Below are positions 1-9,521 of a stretch of DNA of 64,000 nucleotides, piece by piece. Where the stretch lies: assembly GCA_034660555.1 (NCBI GenBank), contig JAYEJL010000165.1, positions 32,001 to 96,000 on the forward strand, in the 5' to 3' direction. The position numbers were made by a program, and so were the translations under genes. The notes beneath the pieces were generated by a model. It did not search any database. It had not been told where the DNA came from and was given only the letters and a program-made list of their open reading frames with translations. Each line of letters opens with the position of its first letter. Within the stretch, counting starts at the first letter, position 1. This DNA is from Thermotogota bacterium. Lineage in GTDB: Bacteria > Thermotogota > Thermotogae > Petrotogales > Kosmotogaceae.

Positions 1-619
1 ACCATATGTACTCCTCAAAGGAAAGGTGATAATCAAGATGATCTTCTTCAATATTTAGTAAAGCAGAAACATGGAAATAAGGTTCTCTTCTTCTGAACCA
101 GCTTAACTGAAAAGAGCTAACCTCAACCACATAAAAATCAATTTTTTTACTTAAGGAAGATGTTAACGGTGTCCCCAGATTACCGCCTGCAAATACGGCA
201 TCGTGTTTTTTTCTCAGGATATGTTCCAGCATAGTAACCGTCGTTGATTTTCCATTTGTCCCGGTAATCCCTATGAGTACACCATAATTTCTTTTCATCA
301 ATATATTTAACGCTACCTCCTGCTCGGTTGCAAAAGGTTTTCCCGATTCACGTATCCTTCTGCCCAAATTGCTGTTGGGTGATATTCCCGGGCTTACTGC
401 AAAAGAATCGCAAACAAATAACTTTTCTGTATGTTTATTTTCTTCATATTCAACGTTATTATTGTCGAGGAAGTCTCGTTTATTTTTATCAAGTGACTTA
501 TTTTCGGATACAAAGAAATTGGAAGGATTATAACCTTCAATATCGAGCAAATATTTCAACAGTTCATGATTTGAAGAACCGAATCCAACTATACCAATTT
601 TCCCCTTAAGCAATTCCAA
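1..619 (-). CDS. murD: UDP-N-acetylmuramoyl-L-alanine--D-glutamate ligase (5' part; runs off the window edge)
   Basis: Not in ORF track; hand translation from TTG at 619 gives MELLKGKIGIVGFGSSN..., P-loop VLIGITGTNGKSTT (~240-280) and DHLDYH near position 30; directly follows mraY stop in the mur cluster. Confidence 0.92.
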   Translation of the reverse strand, partial: MELLKGKIGIVGFGSSNHELLKYLLDIEGYNPSNFFVSENKSLDKNKRDFLDNNNVEYEENKHTEKLFVCDSFAVSPGISPNSNLGRRIRESGKPFATEQEVALNILMKRNYGVLIGITGTNGKSTTVTMLEHILRKKHDAVFAGGNLGTPLTSSLSKKIDFYVVEVSSFQLSWFRRREPYFHVSALLNIEEDHLDYHLSFEEYIW

Positions 620-1546
620 CTATAATCTCCCCCAGACAAACAAACCAACAAAAGAAAACAACAATGCGACAACAGAAAAACTAATTGCTATTCTTCTCTC
701 AGACCATCCAGTGATTTCAAAATGATGATGAACAGGAGACATCTTGAAAACTCTTTTTCTGAAACATTTATACGAAAATACCTGAATGATAACACTGAGC
801 ATTTCAGCTATAAATACCGAGCCAAAGAAAATTACAAAAAGATCAAGCCCTTTTATCGCAAGCGCCGATGCAAGGATTCCACCAAGAGCAAGTGAACCCG
901 TATCTCCCATAAAAACTCTCGCTGGATGCCAATTATACCAGATAAAACCAAGCACAGCACCTGTGAGCGAAAGAAACAATACATTGAAATATCCAACGAT
1001 CAGCAGTGGGACAACCGATGCAACAAAAACAGAAGCAGCAAGCCCATCAACGCCATCAGTAAGGTTCACTGCATTGCTAGTGCCAACAACAACAATTGCT
1101 GACAGGGGAAAATATAAGAATCCTAAATCAACTGAACCGACAAAAGGAAAAATAACCTCTGTATGCGGGAAATATAAATAAATCATCAAAATCACAATTG
1201 ATGCAGATGCGAATTGAATACATAATTTGGTTGATGCGCTTAGTCCCGCTGCATTTTTCCTTTTGTACTTTAAATAGTCATCCAGAAACCCTGTAATACT
1301 GAAAAGAATACCTGAAATGAAAATAATGAGATTTTCAATACTGAAATTCCATATTAACGCCAGGATAAGTCCAACAAGAATGAATACGATGCCACCAGAA
1401 GTCGGAGTTCCAGTTTTGTGATTATGCAGGTCAGGTCCTTCTTTTCTGATGAACTGTCCAATTTTCTTTTTCCTCTGTATCTCAATGAAAGGTTTGAAAA
1501 GAATAAATGCAAGAATAAATGAAACGATCAATACCATACGGTCCAT
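620..1546 (-). CDS. mraY: Phospho-N-acetylmuramoyl-pentapeptide transferase
   Basis: K.GTPT.GG, GFLDDY, NAVNLTDGVDGL, FMGDTGS, PVHHHFE motifs; polytopic membrane protein. Confidence 0.97.
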   Translation of the reverse strand: MDRMVLIVSFILAFILFKPFIEIQRKKKIGQFIRKEGPDLHNHKTGTPTSGGIVFILVGLILALIWNFSIENLIIFISGILFSITGFLDDYLKYKRKNAAGLSASTKLCIQFASASIVILMIYLYFPHTEVIFPFVGSVDLGFLYFPLSAIVVVGTSNAVNLTDGVDGLAASVFVASVVPLLIVGYFNVLFLSLTGAVLGFIWYNWHPARVFMGDTGSLALGGILASALAIKGLDLFVIFFGSVFIAEMLSVIIQVFSYKCFRKRVFKMSPVHHHFEITGWSERRIAISFSVVALLFSFVGLFVWGRL

Positions 1547-1547
1547 C

Positions 1548-2870
1548 TTATTTTATCCTTTCAAGAAACATGCTTACCAGCTTCTCCATCTCTATACCCC
1601 GGGACGCTTTAAAATAAACTATTGTACCGGGATACACATTCTTTGAAAGCCAGTCAATGAGTTCAGTACTTTTGCTGGAAACAAGAACAGGTGAAAGGTT
1701 TTTACTGGCATATTCTATCTCTTTATCCTTTGTGTAGAGTAAAACACAATCAAATTCGCTTAATTCATTTCCCAGTAATTCATGTATGTTCTTAGAGTGT
1801 TTTCCCTGTTCAAGAATTGATCCTACCACAGCTATGGATCTTTCAGGTTTCATTTTTTTGATTGTCTCTATCGCAGACCAGGCAGATTCCAGGCTGCTAT
1901 TATAGCAATCGTTTATTACCGTAATACCCTTTTTTCTCATAAAACTAAATCTGTCTGAAAAAGGAAGTTCAATGTTTGTCGCAGAAAGTTCAAATCCTTC
2001 AATTCCCATAGCCGAAAGAATGGTACTGGCAGCCAAAAAATCAAGCAGTTGTCCTCTGTGCCAGATCCCGCTGAACCTCAACATATACTTTCCCAGTGAG
2101 TTTTCAAATATTCCAAAAGTAAAATTATCATCATAATAAAATTCCACTAGCCTTTGATTTCCAGTTTCAAGACCAAAATAGTATTTTTTGCATGATAACC
2201 TTTCTACAAAGCTCACAATATCTTCATCATCGGAAAAGGTTACTGCTATATCTTCGCTCTCCAGCTTAGAAAAAATAGAGAGTTTCTCATTAAGAAGTTC
2301 TTCTCTACTGCCAAACCTTCCTAAATGGGCTGTTCCCACGTTCAGCAATACAGATATGTCTGGATTGATTAAATTGATCAGTTCTTTTATGTCTCCCGGA
2401 GAGTTGGTTCCGCATTCGAATATCCCCCATCTGGCGCTTATAAGTTGTTCCCTGTTGTTCAAAATAGAAAGAGGAATACCGATCTCAGTATTGTAGTTCT
2501 TTTCAGTTGCATATACAGTCCCAATATCTGAAAGCATAGATGCAAGACAATGTTTTGTGGTGGTTTTTCCATTGGAACCAGTTATTGCAATTTTGTGCCG
2601 CATCCTGGACTGTTTTAAGACATGTTTGGCAGCTTCTTTTAAAAACTCAATTGTGGCATGTGCTGTAAGATATCTAGGGTCATTTGAACTCTTTCTTGTA
2701 AGAACATAAGAAGCGTTTTTTTCGATCGCTTCTTCCACATAATCATTACCATCTACCCTATCACCTTTGATAGCAACAAATATGTCCCCTGTTTTTATAT
2801 TTCTTGAATCAATTACCAGTCGCTTTCCTTTGGATTTTTCAATAAATGCTCCCACAGGAACGGGATTCAC
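1548..2870 (-). CDS. murF: UDP-MurNAc-tripeptide--D-Ala-D-Ala ligase
   Basis: DSR, ITGSNGKTTTK, NYNTEIG, NDCYNSS, KASRG motifs; position between murE and mraY. Confidence 0.95.
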   Translation of the reverse strand: MNPVPVGAFIEKSKGKRLVIDSRNIKTGDIFVAIKGDRVDGNDYVEEAIEKNASYVLTRKSSNDPRYLTAHATIEFLKEAAKHVLKQSRMRHKIAITGSNGKTTTKHCLASMLSDIGTVYATEKNYNTEIGIPLSILNNREQLISARWGIFECGTNSPGDIKELINLINPDISVLLNVGTAHLGRFGSREELLNEKLSIFSKLESEDIAVTFSDDEDIVSFVERLSCKKYYFGLETGNQRLVEFYYDDNFTFGIFENSLGKYMLRFSGIWHRGQLLDFLAASTILSAMGIEGFELSATNIELPFSDRFSFMRKKGITVINDCYNSSLESAWSAIETIKKMKPERSIAVVGSILEQGKHSKNIHELLGNELSEFDCVLLYTKDKEIEYASKNLSPVLVSSKSTELIDWLSKNVYPGTIVYFKASRGIEMEKLVSMFLERIK

Positions 2871-4363
2871 TTTTTCATATTCCTCCGGAACTTCGTTTCT
2901 AAGATTTCTTTAACGACATTTTTATCGTTGAAAGGAAGAGCGTTATCGCCTATAAGCTGGTAAGCTTCGTGCCCTCTACCAGCAATTATGACCATATCCT
3001 GTCGATTGGCCAGGGTTAGTGCAACACTTATCGCTTCTCTTCTTTCAGGTATTATCAGATAAGGTTTGAATTTATCCACACCTGCTTCAATATCTGTAAG
3101 TATTTCGTTAGGATCTTCTCTTTTCGGATCATCTGAAGTAAGTACAATTACATCAGAAAACTTAGAAGCTACCTGCCCCATTAATGGCCTTTTACCTTTA
3201 TCTGCGGTTCCACCTGCTCCAAAAACAGTGATAATACGGCCTTCTGTAAGTTTTCCGGCAGTGAGCAAAAGTTTTTCAAGGGCATCAGGTGTATGAGCAA
3301 AATCAATAACTACCTCAAATCCATATTTAGTCGCTTCCTCTACGAATTCAAATCTCCCCGGTACCCCCGTGAAATTTGAAATCGCATCTGCTACATGTTC
3401 AACATCATAGTTGAGTGAATCCAGAATGGCAACGCAAGCAGCAACATTATAAGCATTGTGCTGTCCAACCAGCCTGGTATAGATTTTTTGAGATGATCCA
3501 TATGGTGTTTCTATAGTGAAAAACATCCCAATTCGAAGCATTTCAAGATCCTTAATCTTATAGTGGGATTCATCTCCAAAACCGTAGGTGATAAGTTTAT
3601 CTTTTGATACCCTGACATCACATACATTTATCCTGTCCCCATTTACTATGGCTTTTCCATTTGGCTTCAACAATTCAAAAAGTTTTAGCTTCGTATTGTA
3701 ATATTCTTCAAAACTACAATGATAGTCTAGATGATCACGGGTTACATTTGTCAGAACGGCAATGTCAAAACGAATTGACTCAACACGATACATGGCAAGT
3801 GCATGTGATGAAACTTCCATGACAAAGTATTCATAATCTTCTTTAACCGATTCCTGAAGATAGTTTATCAGTGTTGAAGGTCCCGGAGTTGTATTTTTCG
3901 GATTGTTTATGATCCTTCCTGCCACATGATTTCTTACGGTTCCCACAAGTGAAGTCTTTTTTTCAAAGCTATCAAGAATATGTTTCAACATCGTCGTTAT
4001 TGTAGTTTTGCCATTTGTTCCAGTAACCCCTATGGTAACAAGATTTTTATAAGGATGACCTTGAAGCTCCATAAGCAATATGGCTTCGGCTCTTCTTGAA
4101 TTTTTCACATAGATAACGGGAACCTTTATTTCGTCAAGTTCAAGTGGTTCTTCAGCTAAAAACGCCTTTGCTCCTTTTTCTTGCAGATCATGGGCAAGCA
4201 GATGGGAATTGAAATTTGTGCCTTTAATACATATGAAAATTCCTCCGGGAGTGAAGTTTCGAGAGTTATGTGTTATTCCACTAATTTCTGGGTCGCGTCC
4301 ATTCATGTTCGCAATTTCTAATACATCCTTTTCAAGGAGCTTAACAATTCGGGATACCCTCAT
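2867..4363 (-). CDS. murE: UDP-MurNAc-L-Ala-D-Glu--diamino acid (probably lysine) ligase
   Basis: GVTGTNGKTT, NTTP, MEVSSH, DHLDYH, VPGRFE, DFAHTPDAL, AGRGHE. Confidence 0.96.
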   Translation of the reverse strand: MRVSRIVKLLEKDVLEIANMNGRDPEISGITHNSRNFTPGGIFICIKGTNFNSHLLAHDLQEKGAKAFLAEEPLELDEIKVPVIYVKNSRRAEAILLMELQGHPYKNLVTIGVTGTNGKTTITTMLKHILDSFEKKTSLVGTVRNHVAGRIINNPKNTTPGPSTLINYLQESVKEDYEYFVMEVSSHALAMYRVESIRFDIAVLTNVTRDHLDYHCSFEEYYNTKLKLFELLKPNGKAIVNGDRINVCDVRVSKDKLITYGFGDESHYKIKDLEMLRIGMFFTIETPYGSSQKIYTRLVGQHNAYNVAACVAILDSLNYDVEHVADAISNFTGVPGRFEFVEEATKYGFEVVIDFAHTPDALEKLLLTAGKLTEGRIITVFGAGGTADKGKRPLMGQVASKFSDVIVLTSDDPKREDPNEILTDIEAGVDKFKPYLIIPERREAISVALTLANRQDMVIIAGRGHEAYQLIGDNALPFNDKNVVKEILETKFRRNMKK

Positions 4364-4408
4364 AGCTTCCCCCCCTTCTTTAAGTTATTTTATCACCCTA
4401 TATTTCCC

Positions 4409-4437
4409 TTGACAACTAAGAAAGGTCATGCTAAGAT
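4409..4437 (+). promoter_or_regulatory. Sigma70 promoter of hrcA operon
   Basis: TTGACA (4409-4414), 17-nt spacer, extended -10 TGc-TAAGAT (4432-4437). Confidence 0.85.
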
Positions 4438-4440
4438 TAA

Positions 4441-4467
4441 TTAGCAGTCGGACGAGGTGAGTGCTAA
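4441..4467 (+). promoter_or_regulatory. CIRCE element (HrcA operator)
   Basis: TTAGCAGTC-N9-GAGTGCTAA, 1 mismatch to TTAGCACTC-N9-GAGTGCTAA, immediately before hrcA. Confidence 0.95.
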
Positions 4468-5510
4468 TGAATCGGAAGAGTATTATAGGACCGGACTTGA
4501 ATGATAGACAGTTAAAGGTCCTGTATTGTATTGTTAAGCAATATATAGAGAATGGTAAACCTGTAAGTTCCAAACAGGTATTGGAATACTCCAACCTTGA
4601 TTACAGCTCTGCCACAATTAGAAACGATATGAGAAAGCTCGAATTCCTTAATTACATACACCAACCCCATATATCAGCTGGAAGGACACCAACGGATAAA
4701 GGTCTACGCTTCTATTACGATTCCATAGTAAAACTTTCCAGCGAAACAAAAGAAGAAAGTGCTGAAATTTCCATGAGAAGAGTTGCTGTAATTGCTGATA
4801 TCGACAGACTGCTAGCCGGTACAACAAGATTGCTTGCAGGCCTTACACGGTGTCTTGTAATAGCTGAAAAGCCTGATTTGGACAAACTTAAGGTTAAACA
4901 TATTTCCGTTTCTCCAGTTACAGATCATTATCTTAATGTAACTGTTATCACCGAGCTTGGTGTAACGAAGAATTCGGCTGTTAATGATACATTTGATTAT
5001 GACGAGTTGAGTGAATTTGAAAAAAGAGTAAATGAGATCGTTGTCGGTAAAAGAATACAGGAGATCAAAGAAGGTTTACGTAACGTAACTTTCGAAAACG
5101 ATTCATGGTATAGTGAACGTTTTGAAAGACTCTTTCGATTTATGGAAAGCGTTTTTGAAAATGAAAATTTAGACAGATATGAAAAATACGGGTTGGAATA
5201 TATCCTTGGATCCGATAAATTAAGTGTTAAAGATACGGTTTCCATAGCAAAATATGTTGAAAATTCCAAAAGACTTGAAGATCTGATGTCAGAGTTAATC
5301 AATTCAAATGAAGAGGTTACTTTGATAGGTAATGAAATAGGTAGGAATGATCTTAAGAGCTTTTCATTTCTCAGTTCACCATATGGGAACCAGCATTTGA
5401 AACTGGGCACTGTTGTGGTTATTACACCGAAAATTATTGAATATGAAAGAATATTGGGTTACTTAAGATATGGCGTAAACAGACTTTCAGAAATACTCAG
5501 TAATAGATAA
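4467..5510 (+). CDS. hrcA: Heat-inducible transcription repressor
   Basis: LNDRQ..VL..IV..YI..GKPVSSK, SSATIRNDM, QPHISAGRTPTDKG; ATG 4467 fits SD GAGGTGA better than GTG 4461. Confidence 0.96.
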   Translation: MNRKSIIGPDLNDRQLKVLYCIVKQYIENGKPVSSKQVLEYSNLDYSSATIRNDMRKLEFLNYIHQPHISAGRTPTDKGLRFYYDSIVKLSSETKEESAEISMRRVAVIADIDRLLAGTTRLLAGLTRCLVIAEKPDLDKLKVKHISVSPVTDHYLNVTVITELGVTKNSAVNDTFDYDELSEFEKRVNEIVVGKRIQEIKEGLRNVTFENDSWYSERFERLFRFMESVFENENLDRYEKYGLEYILGSDKLSVKDTVSIAKYVENSKRLEDLMSELINSNEEVTLIGNEIGRNDLKSFSFLSSPYGNQHLKLGTVVVITPKIIEYERILGYLRYGVNRLSEILSNR

Positions 5511-5525
5511 ATGGAGGTGAAGCAA

Positions 5526-6230
5526 ATGTCAGAACACAAGAAAAAGAAACGGATGGAAGAAACCAAAAAGGATGAAGAAAAAAATAAAATAAAGCAGGGA
5601 AAACAAGAAGAAATGAAAGAAAAAGAAAATAATGAAAGCAAAAAGGAAGCTGAAGAAATACTTAAGAAAAAAGAGAAGGAAATTGAGGAGAAAAACAGTG
5701 AAATAAAGCAGCTTGAATCTGAATTGATGAGAGTAAAAGCAGAATTTCATAATTATCGTAAGGCACTTGAAAGAGAATACAATGAACGGCTAAGAAGAGA
5801 AAAGGAAAACGTAATATTCAAATTAATTTCATTGTTTGAAGACTTTGAACGTGCACTTAATCACAGCGACAAAGCTTCTGAAAATCTTTTGATTGGAATT
5901 AGGATGATCTATAAACAGTTCAAAACAATACTAACTGAAGAGGGTGTCGAAGAGATATTGCCTTCAGTCGGTGAATTATTTGATCCATTCCGTGATGAAG
6001 TTGCAGAAACACGCGTTTCGGAAAATCGAGAAGAAATGGAAATAATTGAAATTCAGGAAAAAGGATATAAATTTGGCAAAAAAATATTGAAGTCACCCAA
6101 GGTAATTGTTGCTGTTAAACCCAATGAAAATAGCGATGCAGCTAAAAACAAAGATACAAACGAGGACGATGGAAACAATGAAAAGAACAACAGCACCCAG
6201 AAAACAAAAAATGAAAGTAACGGCAGGTGA
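5526..6230 (+). CDS. grpE: Nucleotide exchange factor GrpE
   Basis: R.KAEF.NYRK, DFERAL, FDP, KGY..G..L...KV.V; SD GGAGGTGA at 5513 favours ATG 5526. Confidence 0.93.
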   Translation: MSEHKKKKRMEETKKDEEKNKIKQGKQEEMKEKENNESKKEAEEILKKKEKEIEEKNSEIKQLESELMRVKAEFHNYRKALEREYNERLRREKENVIFKLISLFEDFERALNHSDKASENLLIGIRMIYKQFKTILTEEGVEEILPSVGELFDPFRDEVAETRVSENREEMEIIEIQEKGYKFGKKILKSPKVIVAVKPNENSDAAKNKDTNEDDGNNEKNNSTQKTKNESNGR

Positions 6231-7351
6231 TCGGTTTGGCTGCACGCAAGGATTATTATGAAGTACTCGGAGTATCGAAAGACACAACACAGGAAGAGAT
6301 AAGAAAAGCATACAGACAGCTTGTTAGAAAATGGCATCCTGACAGACACAAAGGTGATGCCCGAAAGGATGCTGAAAATAAATTCAAAGAAATACAGGAA
6401 GCTTATGAAGTGCTCAGTAACCCTAAAAAGAAAGCCATGTACGATAAGTTTGGTTATGTGGGCGACCAATCATATCAACCCTCAGGTAGTGGAAGAACAA
6501 CAGGCGGCACCGGTGGTTTCTTCGATGATGTTTTTGGAGACTTTCAGGATGTTTTTGATGTGTTCTTCGGAAGCCAAAGAAGCAGAACCGGTGCTGGAAC
6601 ACGACAACAAAGCGTAAAAGGCGAAGATGTTCATGCCAGAATAGACATAGAGTTATCTGAAGTAGTAACCGGAAAAACTACATTTTTAGAATATGACAGG
6701 AAGGAACAGTGTGGCGCGTGTAATGGGACAGGAGCCGAGAATGGTACGAGTTTTACCACATGCCCTCGCTGCGAAGGAACAGGGGTAATTCGTGAACAAC
6801 ACCGTTCATTCTTCGGTGTTTTTACAAACACTAGAACCTGTGAAACCTGTGGAGGGACGGGAAGAATAATAGATAAAAAATGTTCTAAATGTAACGGTAC
6901 AGGTTATGTTAGAAAAAAACATCGCGTCAAGGTAAATGTCCCCCCTGGAGTAGAAAACGGTGCCACATTAAGGATTCCCAGACAGGGGCATGCCGGGAAA
7001 TACGGTGGCCCTTCAGGGGATCTCTATGTTCAGGTAAGAGTAAACATGCCTTCTCAATATTTCAGAAGAGGTAATGACCTTCTGGTAGAAAAGAAGATCG
7101 ATTATCTCGATGCATCACTTGGTGCAGTTGTCACGATTGTGCTTCCAGAAGGTGGATATGAAAATCTTAAGATACCGCCTGGAACCAATCCAGGTACAAC
7201 ATTCCGGTTAAAAGGATACGGATTACCTCAAATGTCAAGTAATCGTAGAGGGGATATTCTTGTTACGGTTAGGGTCGATATACCCAAACCATCAAGAAAA
7301 GAGAAAAAATTGTTGGAAGAAATCGCAAAAACCAGAAAAAAAGACAAATGA
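6227..7351 (+). CDS. dnaJ: Molecular chaperone DnaJ
   Basis: J-domain with HPD, G/F-rich region, four CxxCxGxG repeats. Confidence 0.98.
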   Translation: MIGLAARKDYYEVLGVSKDTTQEEIRKAYRQLVRKWHPDRHKGDARKDAENKFKEIQEAYEVLSNPKKKAMYDKFGYVGDQSYQPSGSGRTTGGTGGFFDDVFGDFQDVFDVFFGSQRSRTGAGTRQQSVKGEDVHARIDIELSEVVTGKTTFLEYDRKEQCGACNGTGAENGTSFTTCPRCEGTGVIREQHRSFFGVFTNTRTCETCGGTGRIIDKKCSKCNGTGYVRKKHRVKVNVPPGVENGATLRIPRQGHAGKYGGPSGDLYVQVRVNMPSQYFRRGNDLLVEKKIDYLDASLGAVVTIVLPEGGYENLKIPPGTNPGTTFRLKGYGLPQMSSNRRGDILVTVRVDIPKPSRKEKKLLEEIAKTRKKDK

Positions 7352-8217
7352 AAAAAATGAACGTTAAAAAAAACATACTTGATTATTTCGTTGTTTCTGC
7401 TGGTTCATTGATTACAGCAATAGCTCTTGTATCTTTTCTCATTCCGAATAATATCGTGGCAGGTGGTGTAAGCGGTTTAGCCATAATACTTTACCGTACA
7501 CTGGGTTGGTGGGTAGGAGTCCAGATGCTTTTATATAATATTGTTCTCTTCGCAGTAGCTTTCGTAATTCTCGGTATTGGTTTTGGCATAAAATCCATCT
7601 ATTCAGCTGTATTATTGTCTTTTCTCGTAGATCTCCTTCAGAATATCCATTTTCCTGTTTTTAACGCCGCAAAAATTAATGATGGCATGTTGCTTGCAAC
7701 GATCTATGGCGGTGCGTTAGCAGGTATTGGAATGGGGATAATTTTATGGCGTGGTGCGTCTACCGGCGGAACTGATATCGGAGCTATGATAATCAACAAA
7801 TATCTTCACATTGCCACAGGAATGGGTCTGGTCATTATTGATTCATTAATTACGATATTTGCTCTTGTGGTCTTTGGACCCATTGTTGCCATGTATGGTA
7901 TCATTACAATCTTTGTCACTGGAAAAACAATCGACAGTATACTTGAAGGTATAGAATATACCCGCACTGCTTACATTATGTCCGATAATTATGAAAAAAT
8001 TAGAGAAAAAATACTTGGAGAGCTTTCACGCGGTGTAACAGTCCTCGAAGGACAGGGTGGTTTTACAGGAGAGAAACGCCCGGTACTAATGGTAACAATA
8101 AGAAGGCGTGAAATCGGCCAACTAAGAAGAATAATTAAAGATGTAGATTCAAAAGCTTTTACTATAACGGTAAACAACGCTGAAGTTTTTGGAGAGGGAT
8201 TCAAAAGGTTATATTAA
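7348..8217 (+). CDS. YitT family membrane protein (DUF161/DUF2179)
   Basis: GGVSGLA, GASTGGTDI, RGVT..G.GGFTG, EVFGEGF. Confidence 0.9.
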   Translation: MKKMNVKKNILDYFVVSAGSLITAIALVSFLIPNNIVAGGVSGLAIILYRTLGWWVGVQMLLYNIVLFAVAFVILGIGFGIKSIYSAVLLSFLVDLLQNIHFPVFNAAKINDGMLLATIYGGALAGIGMGIILWRGASTGGTDIGAMIINKYLHIATGMGLVIIDSLITIFALVVFGPIVAMYGIITIFVTGKTIDSILEGIEYTRTAYIMSDNYEKIREKILGELSRGVTVLEGQGGFTGEKRPVLMVTIRRREIGQLRRIIKDVDSKAFTITVNNAEVFGEGFKRLY

Positions 8218-8239
8218 ATTATTCAAATAAGGAGTTTTC

Positions 8240-8908
8240 ATGAAATTTCTTACTATTGACAGCTCAACAAGAAAATTGTTGATATCTGTAGTAAATGAAA
8301 ATTCAAAGGTAGGTATGATTCTGGATAATGCAGGCAAGCATGGCAAACTTCTTGCTCCTGCCATTAAAAATATTCTGGAATACGTTGAACTTGATGTAAG
8401 GGATCTTGATTTTCTTGGATGCGGTATTGGACCGGGTTCATTAACTGGTTTAAGAGTTGGTATCTCGACAATAAAAGGCTTGTCATTACCCTGGAAGAAA
8501 CAAATCGCTGTTTTCAACTCGCTGGATATTATAGCCGGAGCAGCAGGTGTAAATGGAAACCATGTTGTTTTAAGGAAAGGGAGAAAGGGCTTTTTTTACT
8601 GGCAAAAGTATGACAGAACCGACAGAGTTGGTGTTACAGGGTTCAGCAGTATTGAAGAGCTACACAGTTCACTTGAAAAAGATCTTACGCTAGTTTTTGA
8701 AAATGATAAAGATGCTTCTTCATTTGAAGAATACAGAACTATAATATCACCTGAACCTTCTTTGGAAATATTAACAACAATTACCGAAAACAATTATTAT
8801 GCAAAAAAACTGGTCAATGCAATGGAGTTAAAACCGCTTTATATGCAAAAATCCATAGCGGAAATAAATTGGGAGAAAAAACATGGCGATAATAAAGACT
8901 CCCTATGA
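8240..8908 (+). CDS. tsaB: tRNA threonylcarbamoyladenosine biosynthesis protein TsaB (YeaZ)
   Basis: L.IDSST, H...L.P.I, GIGPGSLTGLRVG, C-terminal LKPLY. Confidence 0.92.
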   Translation: MKFLTIDSSTRKLLISVVNENSKVGMILDNAGKHGKLLAPAIKNILEYVELDVRDLDFLGCGIGPGSLTGLRVGISTIKGLSLPWKKQIAVFNSLDIIAGAAGVNGNHVVLRKGRKGFFYWQKYDRTDRVGVTGFSSIEELHSSLEKDLTLVFENDKDASSFEEYRTIISPEPSLEILTTITENNYYAKKLVNAMELKPLYMQKSIAEINWEKKHGDNKDSL

Positions 8909-9521
8909 ACTTTTCGAACGATTGAAGTTTCATTACGGTTCGCAACACTGGTGGCCTGCAGAAACCTCATATGAAGTTATCGTGGGAGCTGTATTAACAC
9001 AAAACACGAACTGGAAAAATGTTGAAAAAGCAATTGATAACTTAAAAAAAGACAATGTTTTGTCGCCAGAAAAGGTTCTCGAAAAACCATCGGACAGACT
9101 GAAGAAATTAATAAGGCCATCAGGATTTTATAATGCCAAAGAATCCACTCTCAGAAGACTCACAATGTTTGTTTATAACAACAACATAAAATGCATGCCA
9201 ACAGAAAAGCTTAGAAAGAAATTAATCGAAATAAAAGGTGTGGGGCCAGAAACAGTTGATTCAATACTGCTATACGCTTATAGGCGTCCTGTATTTGTAA
9301 TCGATGCCTATACCAGAAGGCTTGTTAAACGGCTAAAATTAACTGATAAAGAGACATACAACGAATTGCAGGATTTTTTCCAGAGTTCTCTTCCTGAAGA
9401 TACAGATCTTTACGCAGAATTTCATGCCCTCATAGTAGAACACTGCAAAAGTATTTGTAAAAAAGTACCACAATGTGAAAATTGCTTTATGAAGTATGAT
9501 TGCCCGGAATCACTTTCTTAA
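8883..9521 (+). CDS. HhH-GPD DNA glycosylase, endonuclease III-related with 4Fe-4S motif
   Basis: WWP, GAVLTQNT.W.NVE, IKGVGPET.DSI (Glu rather than Lys at lyase position), VIDAY, C-x6-C-x2-C-x5-C. Confidence 0.88.
   Translation: MAIIKTPYELFERLKFHYGSQHWWPAETSYEVIVGAVLTQNTNWKNVEKAIDNLKKDNVLSPEKVLEKPSDRLKKLIRPSGFYNAKESTLRRLTMFVYNNNIKCMPTEKLRKKLIEIKGVGPETVDSILLYAYRRPVFVIDAYTRRLVKRLKLTDKETYNELQDFFQSSLPEDTDLYAEFHALIVEHCKSICKKVPQCENCFMKYDCPESLS

Noticed and set aside
617..622. mraY TAG directly followed in frame by murD TTG (possible readthrough fusion)
   Set aside because: Both proteins have normal ends and a GGGGAG SD precedes the TTG; ordinary translational coupling
5526..5720. Purine-rich low-complexity tract
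   Set aside because: Encodes the usual charged, disordered GrpE N-terminus; not a repeat element
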